This document shows, in pieces, positions 1-12,444 of a stretch of DNA of 64,000 nucleotides. Source of the stretch: Mizuhopecten yessoensis (taxonomy: Eukaryota). Made by a program: the position numbers and the translations under genes. Within the stretch, counting starts at the first letter, position 1; each line of letters starts with the position of its first letter. The notes beneath the pieces were generated by a model that saw only the letters and a list, made by a program, of their open reading frames with translations, was not told the origin of the DNA and did no database searches. Location: NCBI RefSeq assembly GCF_002113885.1, contig NW_018408322.1, positions 1,531,562 to 1,595,561 of the forward strand, given 5' to 3'.

Positions 1-953
1 AGCTGAAGACGTTTACGGATTAGGAAAACCGGGTCTTTTTCTCTTTGGACTATTCAAGGATCTCCATTTTTTCACAATAGCAAAAAGTTTAAACCGCCTT
101 ATAAAGAGTTTTTTATTTTAGTTTCGGTGCCATCTTAAAAATAAATCAGAAAAAAAATGCAAGACGTGATTAATATTTTCCCTATGCAGCTCAATACATC
201 ATTCATATTTTTTCCCTTTCATTCCACCATGCATCTCAAGGATTATTTAAATATGATTTGTAACTAACAATAATTGGTTCGACTTAATCGAAACCGTTCC
301 TTCACAACAACCAGAACGTTCCTAAGATACAATACAACCGAAATGAAGAGTCAATGCCAAAACCTTTTATTTTTTAAATGAATATCCTATGTGAATGGCA
401 AAATTAACACTGGATTTTACCGGTGAAGGACGAGTATGTCACGAGGCTGAACGCTTCTGGTATACTGTATATCCTCCAACCCCTGCCAAGATTGAATTTT
501 GGTCTAATTGTATGAGACTTTTTTATTCCTGACAGAACGCTGTCAAATACAATAAAATATCTACTATGCTAATCATGCAAAACACGGCAATAGAACAGAA
601 ACCCATGTCGTTATTTCATTTAACGGGACAGCACCGTACACGCTGCTATGATTTCCTTGTTGATATTGGGAGATTCGTTGTATTGATTTTGTCTGTACAA
701 TTGACTCGTTTAATTTCGTGAATATATCGGTTTATAGCATCTGGCGATTAAAGACTGTCCGAATAATTACATACGATTACATCACATGCGTGTCTAAACC
801 GATTTACAACATCCTAATTAGCTTGTTATACTATTAACGATTAGTACTCGTGCATTTGCTTATTTGACATGAAGATTAAATTCAAGGGAAGTCTTCCGAA
901 AACGATTGTATTTTAAATTAATTACTGTCTCGTTGTAATCATTTGTAATATAC

Positions 954-1245
954 TTTGTTTGTTTTAGGTTTAACGACCCCGCAACGGCCAGGATCATATG
1001 AAGACGGATGCCTTGGGAGACACCATCGGAAAGAAAGAGTGATAACAGAAGAGATGCTCAACCCGCTTTTGGTCTCTTTGATATTGTTTTGACAGAAGTC
1101 ATCGTGCAAAAAGTGAAAGAACAAAAGATCCCCCCCCCCCCAAAAAAAAACCCCAACAACCTGCAGAGGGTCTCATATTATTTGCCCCTTACAATATGCA
1201 GTGGGATTTTAAAGGCCGATTCTTTTTCCAACATGCAGGAGGGGG
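954..1245 (-). mobile_element. Short non-autonomous retroelement without a tRNA head (here 'family C')
   Basis: Reverse complement aligns by eye with 50902-51170 (AAAACA..CAAAGAGACCAAAA; TCTTTC..TGGTGTCT..AGGCATCCG; tail GTTGCGGGGTCGTTAAACC followed by (AAAC)n). 5' part carries CCCACTGCAT.TTGTAAGGGGC. Confidence 0.6.
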
Positions 1246-2565
1246 TTCATATAACCGATATTCGCATTTCTCATGCTACCTTGTAATACGTTGCCTTGGT
1301 GTGTGTTTAAATAAAGATTTGTTGAATTGTATCACCTTTAGAGGATCGTACGTACTAAAAGTATATGAAAGATAAATCTGTTTTCAGCTGTCGTAATTTG
1401 ACTATTTGCTAAACGATATCGATTTGTCTTTTGTTTTGCAAATGAACGGAAAAGAAAACACTAAAAAACAAAAGAGCAAATGACTTTACACGAAAGGAAA
1501 CGGTGCCTTACATGGCCTACTAGGGAGTGAGTGAAAAGACGATTCACAGCCAGCACGACAGCGACATCGTTAACAGTGCATACTAGATTGTCAGTTTTGA
1601 GAAAACTGATCCTTAACAGAACTTCGCAATGTCACCCTGATGGTTGTTAATTATTTACGCAGGAAAGCATTATTCGATTAAATCTTTCCCCGTTCTGACT
1701 TAATTTCCCGAAATTAAACAAAGTAAAAAAACCAAAAAAAAACACATTCGGCCTTGTGAATGTTCAATCAATTATTTTCTACAAAACGTTTTATGAATAT
1801 TTTGTCATTATGACTATAGCTGTAAAATCGGAGACGAATCGTTATGGCATGATGCAATAGTTGTTTTTAAGTATTTGCTGTTTCGTATTTCTGTAAAACC
1901 AAGAAGCCTATGGGGACTGTATCGCTCACCTGAATATATATGCAATCTTATTAAAAAAAGATTAACATTATTATTGCAAAAACATAAATGGTTTCCAAGT
2001 TGTGAGTTAGGAACTAATTCCCTGTGTGTGTGGGCAAATCACTGTGCCCTCACTGGTATCCTATATATGCTGATATATGATTGTAAAAATGGTGATGGGG
2101 AATGGATCTCAACCATTCAAATTGATGGGAAAGGGACTAAGTCTTCATAAGTTGGGTAACAGCTGGAGGTCATTCTAGTATCACATGTGTATTAATCTCG
2201 TTGTACTCGGTAGCAATAAACATTGTTATAGGTCGGGGATATCAACCCTTTACAAGGTAATAAGTCTATGAGGCCAAATCCCTTAGCCCCGGAGACACCT
2301 CTTTAATTGGTACATTTTTGAATACCCAACAATGTGCACATAATATATTTGATATATATATATTATGAAAGTAACACAAACAGGTGTTTGCACATTTAAA
2401 ATTAAGTATTTAATAGAGTATGCGAAACAACAGATTATTAGCTGCATAAATTGGAACGGACAAGGAGTAACAAGAGATGTAACACGATGAAAAGGTATAT
2501 TATGGAGCAGTTTGGTTTGGTTTGGTATATAAGCTTAGTGTTCTTATAACAACTAAGAAATGTAA

Positions 2566-2852
2566 TGTTTTGTTTTTGGGAAGGGTTGGGGCGGGTGGGG
2601 GATTTACGTTCTTGCAACAGCTAAGGTCATATGAAGACAAAAACCTACGGGAAACTTCAGACAATTTGGAGCAGGAATGTTACAAAATAAACCAGTTACA
2701 CATATAACATAGGACGACAAGTGTCAAAACTAGCAAATAAATACAGCAAGAAAGTAGATAGGGGGAGAGATACAAGCGTATAACTGCAATTTTCTTAGGA
2801 CAAAAACAGATGTTAAGGTCCCTATTTAATTAGTCCTAATAAACGACAACAG
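2566..2852 (-). mobile_element. Degenerate short retroelement sharing the common SINE 3' tail
   Basis: TTTACGTTCTTGCAACAGCTAAGGTCATATGAAGAC tail motif at ~2603-2638; eroded AGTC..TAAACGAC module at ~2832-2847. Confidence 0.4.
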
Positions 2853-3749
2853 CGACCCAACATTACCAGATTTATAACTTTTCGCTATCAATGTCGTATT
2901 TTAATATTCACAATGTCATCATTTTACTTTACATCTCAACATCCTACACATATTCGATATCTTATGTATTCCCTTTGTAATCGTAGCCTTGTATATCGTG
3001 TTGATGAATCAAATTTATACACAAACCACGTGGATACCATTCACTGCCATTATATTTATTCTGTTAGTTATATTCATCTGCCTGTCAAATGCCACGTAAG
3101 AAATATGGCAGCGATTCCTATATAATAATTTTAGATTGACAAAAGCTGTGTCTATGTTCGTTGTTTATAATGTCTTGCTAATGTCTTGCTAATGTCTTTC
3201 TTATGTCCTGGTGTCCTTCGGTTTTTCTTTTTGTACCGACATTTTAGTTTTTATTTTGCCCTTGACTATAAATTAGACAATATATCGAAAGTGACATTTA
3301 ACGTTAGATAACATCTTGTACAAAATGTTTTCATGTACATATAAAATCAAAAATATCTATTTGACACTCGATCAATATAGCTATCTCTGTAAGACCTTGC
3401 AACACGACATGAAATCAGTATCCAGTGCTGTATTTGTCACTATACGCTTTCAAACCTGAATTGAGTAGTTGTTGTAAACACATTTTATTGCCAAAACACT
3501 GTCTGAACAATATATTGGATAAATAGTAAGAACATCTTATACATGTAAACGCCTTCCCTCATATTAAATAAAACATATACCAAAAATCAATTGTAAGGAA
3601 AAATGTTTACTACCAGGGAAATACATTTTAATTAAAGATGAAACGTAAGACATTAAAGTATGAAAAGTCAATAAGTGACTTGTTAAGTTTTATTTTTATT
3701 TTTTATTAAACATCCAATTAACAACTACAGTTATTAAAATACGTGCTTT

Positions 3750-3875
3750 CATGTGTGTGTATTTGCTGGATGGAATGTTTATTGATATATGTGCCTCCTT
3801 GCGATAGCGCGGATCTGATGCCGATTTTATAATGCTTTTTTCATTGAAATACCATGCAGAAGGCACCTGAATATT
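3750..3875 (-). mobile_element. Meta-domain SINE fragment (family B)
   Basis: TGCCTCCTTGCGATAGCGCGGATCTGATGCCGA..TATA.TGCT..TCA.TGAAATACCATGCAGAAGGCAC, nearly identical to copies at ~27313, ~41385 and ~61800-61860 (opposite strand). Confidence 0.75.
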
Positions 3876-6800
3876 CAAGTGAAAAGTGATGGCAATTTCA
3901 AAGAGATGTCTACTGTAGGAACCGAATCTATTAACAGGTTAAACATTTCGACAAGGTTTCAACAATGTACACAGAATACCTTAAAAACGACCAAAATAAT
4001 AGAATTCCATGAAACAAACGGTATGAACGTTGTTCTTGTAATAGGAGGTCTATGGTAGGAATCGTATGGTCCATTTCAATTTTGTGACTTTGGCGTAAGG
4101 GTAATTCCTCCAATACTCGGCAGTGAAGTAATGTGGAGTTGATGGTTTCTGTGATGGTGACGAATATTGAGACCCGTGTGAACATTTAATGAATAGGTAC
4201 CGGCATAAGCGGAAAGCACTGATACAATACGGGCAACGAGCGTTTCCTAACCTCTTTATAATTAAATCTGACACAGCCAATTTATAACTTACAATTATGT
4301 TATATCGCCAGTTAAATGAATGATTCATGACGTGTTAGAAGAGATTTCGGTTCAGTTAGCGCATCAGTCTCCACGACTCTTTATTTTTATCTTCAACGTT
4401 TGTTAATACTGAAATAAAATGGGGAAGCGTTACTATGTTATGTAGAATACTATTGGTGAATTGTGATTTTGTTTAAATATCGGGTTGCACTAGGGGTTAC
4501 ATATTAGGTTTCGTTAAATATTTTGCTTTGTATTGTTTACGACCTATTGACAATTTAAGTCATTTGGTGCCAAACAACACTGTAAAATAGACGTAAACAA
4601 GAAGATATACAGCAACTATTTAAAACTAAATAGGTTATAAGGTAAAAAACAACAAACTAGTTTGTAGTAAGCTTTACATTTTTGTAAATAAAAACGAGTG
4701 TAAACAATCACATGTTATTGGCACATAAAGCAAACTCCTTATATTCGTACATTATAAAACTTAAAACGCATTTGTTCATAAAGTGCTTTATTTTAGGTGA
4801 TTTGTCACATGCATGCATAACAACAAGATATATTCTTCTTTCGAAAACTGAAGGTGTGTTGACATAAGTATGGCTATGCACGGTTTTGAGAGGACGACTT
4901 CCTCTCTGTGGCCTACTCTATTTATGACACATTAACCCACATTATGTTGAATTGTTAGCTTGTTGTTTATTTCTTTAAAGCATTGATATTGTCAATTCAT
5001 TATAATAATTGGATAAAATATCATAGCAAGGCAGTTTGGTATATCTCCGTTGTGGCTACATGGTACCTTTTCATTTCTACTTATTCCGACATGACTGAGT
5101 ATCCAAATCGGGATCAGGTGGCAGAACATTAAAACGGTATTGTTGCGGATGATAATTGGCTTTACGAGAATAACCTTAAAATAACGATTTTTAATACTTT
5201 TTAGGTCATTGCTCTCGTTAGCTTTAAATTCTATATAAGCAGCAAACGGTAGGAATAATGTATGTTGCCAACAATATATCTGCTCTGACTGATACAAAAC
5301 TCTGAAATGCACTAGGATTTTTTTTATTGTGATGAACCAGGGTGGTATGCTATTTTTCGTAATTGTGTGATACGAAACTTACAACGGGATATTGAATTGT
5401 CAACGGTGGATTTGCAGTTATAATAGCAATTTCGATTGATGATTGGTCCTAATCCGAACAATTTAGTATTGGGTTTTGAAGCCGTGAGCCAAAATAGGGA
5501 ATTACTATCGCTTTTTAATCGAAACAATGTACAAATTTACATATTCTGAATGAAATAGTGACTATAAATCCTGGTTGTCTGGATTCGAAAAAATAATGAA
5601 AAACACACTGTTGTGAATTACAGTTCCTCGAGAGCATGTGCATTGTAGTTTGGTTTATCTAACCACATGTATATAAAAAAGAACACAGACCGTGTATGCA
5701 AAGTTTCAACACCAACAGGTTTATCAACGGCCCATTACCCCGAAGGCGAACCGATGTGCATTTAAACAACATAATAAGCTAATCAAGACGTAAATAACTG
5801 GTTAAAGTTAATTCGGTAAAAGACGATTTCAACATATTTAGGGAATTCCAGTTTGGATAACTACGCTTCAAGACACTCTGCTTTCTACCTTTGTTGTATT
5901 CTGAACGAGCTTATGTTACACAAAGACTTTCTAAGAAGATAATAATCAAGTTTATATTCAAGACTATTTGACAGCCAGCAATTGCCTATTCCTTCAGTAA
6001 TTGAAAATATGTTTCCGATGTTTCAAAACTTGATATTTATCTACAATACGAAAGTAATGGACATCTCGCTACTGAACATGCTAACAAACGTGACTTTGAT
6101 TTCATAACCGTTTACTTCCTTACCTCAGTATCACACTCCAGCATCGAGTTTATATCTATGATAAGTTAGTATCCCACCCTCCATATGTGTGTCTCCCTTT
6201 TAAGCCGGAGAAGATCAGCTTGTCAACCCTTAGGGGGAGATAGCCGCGTGCATATTGGCGCGATCTTAGTCATAACAATAGTATTACGTCTCGTCATCAA
6301 TGCATTGAGGTCACGTTAACAGTAGCAGACCATGGAAGACAACTATGAATTTGTTTAAAATACCAGCAAACTCCATATCCAGGGTTTCGTACTAAAGAAG
6401 CTTCAATCTACACTGCTAAATGTTAACGACTTCATTGTGAGCTGAACTTAACGTATAAACCTTTAATAGTTGCCATGCTTTTTTTTCTTTTTTTTTCTCT
6501 CTTGTGAAAGCCCGATGGATGTGATAGTTGGTGCAGTAGATGCATTTTTATATCCTCCTGTCTGTTCTGTTGTTGCCTTGGATGATGTTATTAATGTTCG
6601 GATACGACTTTTCGTTCAGGTGTTTTGAAGATGAAGTACATATTAATCTTTTATTTTGTGTATTATACGACAACTTTAGTTACTGTTCCCTATCATATGC
6701 ACACATATCCAAATACAACTAGTTTCACCATCGCAAACAGAAGTGTGTCCCTGCTACTCTGTCGGTTTGAATCCGTACGCATCCCTCTAGGTAGCACCTA

Positions 6801-7019
6801 GCTTACATCATACACAGCTGCGGAAGGAGCGGCTGCAGATGCTTCGTCAGTTCTAATAGCACATTTTCTTCGGAAAGTATGCAATTATACATTGTAACAG
6901 TACTATAACCACTAACGCAAACTCGGGAACACCAGAAAGGAATCGGCCCATGGCATGATAATATAGAATTGATAAATGTATAAGCCCCTGGTAAACGTGA
7001 AGCATTAAGAAAAAATGCA

Positions 7020-7250
7020 ACAACCAGTTAAGCCATTGTCAGTATAATTTCGTCGGATTGGATGCTGTGCTTTGTGCCTGTAGTATTTGTTCTCGAAGCA
7101 CTTCAAAGCCGGCATCAGATCCGCGCTATCGTCAGGGGGCAAATATATTAACATAACCTGCCTAGAGCAAACACACACGCACGCAACAGTGCGCATACAT
7201 TTCACACAAGGAGGCATTTCATTGAACGACCTTAGATGTTAACAGAACAT
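7020..7250 (+). mobile_element. Meta-domain SINE fragment (family B)
   Basis: CCATTGTCAGTATAAT...GGCATCAGATCCGCGCTATCG...(CA)-rich stretch...GACCTTAGATGTTAACAGAAC tail. Confidence 0.7.
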
Positions 7251-8380
7251 TACAGAAAATATAAGGAAACAAAACTGATACCTTCTATACATTGGATCTT
7301 TAAACTTTACAAGAGTCATTACAAATAGCAGCTTAGTGCATAGTTTTATATCTATTTCCCGAAGGGTTTTTCTTTACTCTTTAATCTGCTTAAAATGCAT
7401 AGCAAAACATTTGTACATTTAATTCACTGACGGAATTAATCAAGTCGGGTTTGCAAAATTGTCCAGTTTGTGAACAAATATTTCAGGCTGTATACCGCCA
7501 TATTTGGATCGCCTGTTCCATGAACGTGATGTGTTTATAACATTATGAATGTATGCGATGTCATGTAATTTTGTAACACTCCTATTTGCAACGCTTGGAA
7601 GTCAACTGCAAATAACAAGGAATAGTTTTGAATCAATTATTGAAGTGATATATGATTGTTGGAGTGCTGTTCCGTCAACATAATTTCATTGAGCGATACA
7701 CACATGAAACGCATTAATAATAGGAGAACGCTTTTACTTAAATTACTGGTAGCTAAATGTTTAGAATGTTAATATATAAAAAGAATGGTACGAGAGCGAT
7801 GGATTATATATTTTGTAGTATGCTATGTTTGCTTAGCCTGTGAAGCCAGATACAGAGACACTGTTTAATTACACTGCAAACAAAAACAGCACTACACATA
7901 AACAATCCTTTTTGCTTATATACCAACATACCGCTTCAAGGACAACTTATCCATATATTAAACACATTGAAGCATGTCCTTAAATTATAATAACGTTAAA
8001 TAGAACGCATCATCTGATAAAATCAATCTAAACGTGATGTGTTGGTCCTGGTAAAATCAAGAATTTGTTGGAATTTGAGAAATTGAAGAAATGAAGAGGC
8101 ATTTACTGACTGCATTTGTAGCACTTGGGCTTTCAGTTCTTGGTTTTTATACTTATTTGTCGGTATTTCCACACATACATCTATAAAAAGTTCGTCCATA
8201 GAACACCACCTGGCCACGCATCATTCGTACATAGCCATGGTATAACATTCCAGTGGGTGGCATATTAAAATGCCTCCCGTCATCAACGGCAGTCTTATAA
8301 AAAACATATCCTGTGTGATTTCAAGATATTGTTAGCTAATTATCAACATTGTCAGCATGTGAGTAACAGTTGCACCAACT

Positions 8381-9227
8381 CACATTGAACTCGGATACAT
8401 TGTATAACTGCTTTTATTTGAAGGTTTTTCACTCCCCGTGACAACTAATATAATTACGTTATAACTATATCGGGAAAAAAATGTTGCTCGCAAAGTTGCG
8501 GTCAGTGGCCCGAGCAAATAGCCAGGTAGGGTAAATAACAGGTGTCTACAGGTGTCCGAGCGTCACGCGCTTATACCGAGTATGGTTATACGTTTAGCTT
8601 TTATTATTATTATTGTTTATATTTTGTAAACGGAAATCGAAGGGTAAGGGATAACAACACTTCCCAAGGGCCATCAAGAACAGAAACAATTCACAACCGA
8701 GGAAAAATTGGATACAATATAGGAAGTGGATAAGAAAAAACCGAACAGCGAAATGGCCCGTAATTTTAATATAAACACCAGTAATTTGACATAATTTGTC
8801 AAACGCTGTCCGAAGAAAAACAAAAACATTTTTAACGCTAATGAAACGGGGTTGTTTTATAATTATGGGCCAGAGAAAAGTCTACATTTTCGCTGTGAAA
8901 AGTATCACGGGGATAGAAAAGTAAAGTATGGGTCAGTATGATGATCAGAGCGAATTTTAATGGATCAGAAAAACGAAAACAATCTGTAATAGGGAAATTC
9001 CGAATGGCTCGTTGATGAAAATTTTGAAAACGTTAATAATCAATCAGAAACGAGTCTGGGGACTGGCAAAATATACACGGCATGGATGGATATGTCCTGC
9101 AGTTTGTTTTCGTTACATTACGGGGATATTTCCCGGTCACGGTAACGCATATCGGTTACACTGGACATTGGTTATATTGAAAGAAAATGTTCTTCCCCGA
9201 GGAGTTCAATATAACCGGGTTCGACTG
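8381..9227 (+). mobile_element. Decayed Tigger/pogo-family DNA transposon
   Basis: Contains a transposase remnant (next feature). Right end GTTCAATATAACCGGGTTCGACTG resembles a CAGT-starting TIR, with internal inverted repeat GGTTATATTGAA (9170-9181) / TTCAATATAACC (9205-9216). Left boundary is approximate. Confidence 0.6.
8822..9015 (+). pseudogene. Tigger/pogo DDE transposase remnant
   Basis: Translates as KNIFNANETGLFYNYGPEKSLHFRCEKYHGDRKVK, then after a frameshift VSMMIRANFNGSEKRKQSVIGKFRMAR*. This matches the TIGD/Tigger pattern NIFNaDETGLF...GEKChGGK.SK.R.TV...AN..GSEK..P.VIGK; the catalytic D of DETG reads N. Confidence 0.85.
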
Positions 9228-10774
9228 TTCTTTAAAAATGTATATAAACAGCTGGTTGAGCTCGTATAATGGCACAAATACGTTGTTAAATCCGGTTTGA
9301 TTGTGTTTTTTAGTCCCCACAATGGTCAAGGTCAGGTGAAGAGGTAGGAAACACGAAAGCTCACATAGAAAGTACAGATATCAGGACCTGCCATAGAGCT
9401 GCAGTTCAAAGTCCTCCTTCTACATGCAGAAGGCTTCGGAGAAAATCCTCGATTTTGCAGTCGCATCTTATGGCGTCAGGTCTCTTCTTTCACATTGATC
9501 AGGGAGGAATCTGATGATGAGATGTGCTATGTCAAGCATAAACTAATTGCAAAGGAAAAGGAATCACCAGAATTACAAATCCGTAATTTAGTAGGTCAAA
9601 CATAAATCGTTTCAATGATACATCTTACATGACATTCCATTAATATATTTGTTCTGCTTCGATTTAAAGAAATAAATATCAGAAAATGTCTGTTTTCGAA
9701 AAGCCGTTATTACAAAGTTACTACAGTTTTGACCCAAGTAATATTTTCCATCAGTGGAAATAAACATTCAATCTAAGTCGTAAACAGTCTCTGTATGATT
9801 CATTGATCATTCTATAGGCTATTATATGCAAACATCATTTATACCGAAACGAAAATATATACAAGTTCATAGAGTTTGAACTCTCTTGTCATATCAAGTT
9901 AAATGATGGATCTGGCAAATGACATTTAACACGCAAGCTTAACGGCAAATAACCAAGTTATAAACGAAGCTATGAATATGTCAATTTTCCTTTTGTTTAC
10001 TTCATGTCTCCCTATGACTAATCTTAATTAGAAGTACACTTTTATTTGTGAGACATTTCAACGTTTAGGTAGTATCTTAAGTGCCAAAGTTTCGCAAACA
10101 GACAATGCGTTGCAAAGTCTGAGTAGCGGTATATCGTTAGCATAACATGTTATGACTGCTGCTAGATGTGACTGACCCTCATTGACCCAGGTCCGCCAGT
10201 GTACGTCCCGGGTCATTTCAAATATAGCATTGCCAATTACACTTTTTTTTCAACTCCGATGAAGACATCAACTGATTTCCCGAGATGGATTTCATAAGAG
10301 GGCAATATCATTACCTACAATAGCGGTTTATTTGTCAGAAAATTGTCGATTCTCCATCAGCGATCCTCAGATTTTTCTAAGAATAGGTGTAGGTATATTC
10401 GATCAACAGTGACTCTTAAGTCAAATCCCATACCGCAATACATCTTGCTGGTCCTTAAACGCATAGAGTGGTTACTATCGTTCAGTGGCGTGTCAGGGAT
10501 TAATAGCATGGTGTATAGCCTGTTATGATACACTTTTACTGGTGTAGAATACATTAAGCTTCGATAAAGCAACAGGCTACTAGAAAACATCCTGCTCCTT
10601 TCAAGCCCTTCTTACACGAGTCGTAAGCCATCAGTCGACTAAGTGAGATGTTTTTGTGTCGGTTTTTTTTCAATAGTCAATAAACCTTTTTGTACCGGTT
10701 TTGTACACCAAATTTAACATTACTGCTTTTTCCGATACAATTGGAGATTTCAAAAGTATAAAATATGTAGTACC

Positions 10775-11797
10775 AGAAATAGAGGTTACACAACGAGTGG
10801 TTGTTGAATATTGTATTTATTTCACTCGAGTTGGTTAATTTTCAAAAGTTACAAATGATACGAGCTTTAGCGAGTGTCTTTTTTGTAACTTTTGAAAATT
10901 AACTAACGAGAGTGAAATCAATACCATACTCAACAACCACGAGTCGTGTGATCTGTTTCTACCACAATCTCATGATCAGTCGGAAAAAACATACACACGT
11001 GTATTTGTTGACAAGTCTGGCGTAGTGATATGACCCATATGTAAAAAGTCACTCATTAATATTCAAAAACAATTTCTTTTTTTTACAAATTCAATAATTG
11101 TCAAAATTAATGTTTCGGATACAACTTTATGAAAAAAAATATAATAGATGAACGACTTTAAATATTGAGAGTAGCCGAATCTCATTGATTTATATAAATT
11201 AACCACGGACTATATGCGCGTAAGCATATCGTACGAAGTCTGCCACATGCCAAGTGACGAACTTATCGCTGTCAATGTCCAAAACCATAGGCCTATGTTT
11301 CTTCTTGACGGTTCTATGGTTGACGTTTATAGTGAGGTTCAGCCATAGTCAGGCCGTCCAAATAGCGATAACGGGACGTTGGGAGAACGAAATATTTTCC
11401 GACACTGTGGCAGATCTTAATTTGTTTTGGTTTCACGACCTGGACACGCGACGGTGACGTCGAAATGATACCAATCGTCTGTAGCAATTTTGCCTGAAAC
11501 TAGCGATCGAATCTTTAAGTATCATCTTCTTTTAATATTGCCTTAATAACCCCCTTTTCCTCATAACCTCACAAAGTCACCAACATTTGTAGGATGTTGA
11601 TAGCAGACGACGAAAACAAAACAGCATGTGGCAAAAAGCATGTGGAAAAAGTAGTCCCGGTCAAAGTTCATCTTCTCGACCAATCAAAACTCTTGCAGGT
11701 CATATACCACGTGTGGTATATAACTCATATTTATCTAGCAGTCTGCGTGTTTATACAATGATCTGAGAGTGGAATAATACAGCGTATTGTGGTAGAA
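10775..11797. mobile_element. Non-autonomous Crypton-like element with terminal hairpin
   Basis: ~185-nt imperfect palindrome 10775-10960; TTCTACCACAAT (10957-10968) is inverted at the far end as ATTGTGGTAGAA (11786-11797); 4-bp AGAA direct repeat at both ends; CCAATCAAAAC motif near the right end. Superfamily is inferred from architecture only. Confidence 0.6.
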
Positions 11798-12214
11798 TAC
11801 ACCTTATCCTCGGATGTTTCCTATTCAATATATATATAAATCAATGAACAAAACTTTCATTTGAATAAACACTAGCTTATAAAGATGACTCGCAAAACGT
11901 ATATCTGATTGACTCAAGGTCAATGCAGTCTAAGAACAAGTGTTGCTGGGTTACTGGATGTTAAGAAATGCGAACATTTAAATGTAAATGATCAGGCCAA
12001 TACATTCGATACTACCTGATCACCGCTACACCTTTCTTATGGTTCAAGAAATGCTAGCCGAAGCTGGGCACTTTGCTACTCCGGTTTAAGATGTGACTCC
12101 GCACTGTTTGTGTCTCTGTTTAACCGTTTTAATAAATCTGTTTACTTGTTGTTGTTATTGTTTTATGACGCTGACTATCAACTGTGTCCCTGAACAATGT
12201 CGCTTCTTTATGTG

Positions 12215-12444
12215 TTTGGTTTGTTTGTGTTTTACGTCCTGTTAACAGCTATGGTCATTTAATGACGTGCCAGGTGTTTGTGGTGGTTGTGGTGGTGGAA
12301 AGCTGGAGTTCCCGGAGAAAAACCACCAAACTACGGCACGTCCCTGGCGTCTGACACACGTAGGGTCGAACCGTCGACCTAGCGGTCAAGGGCTAGAAGT
12401 AACAGAATGTCAGACGCTTAACCACTTGGCCAACGTGCCACACA
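12215..12444 (-). mobile_element. tRNA-derived V-domain SINE, full length with TSD
   Basis: On the minus strand: A box TGGCCAAGTGG, B box GGTTCGACCC, V-like core GGTTTTTCTCCGGGAACTCCAGCTTTCCACCACC, tail AAATGACCATAGCTGTTAACAGGACGTAAAAC. 11-bp TSD TTCTTTATGTG at 12204-12214 and 12445-12455. Confidence 0.85.
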
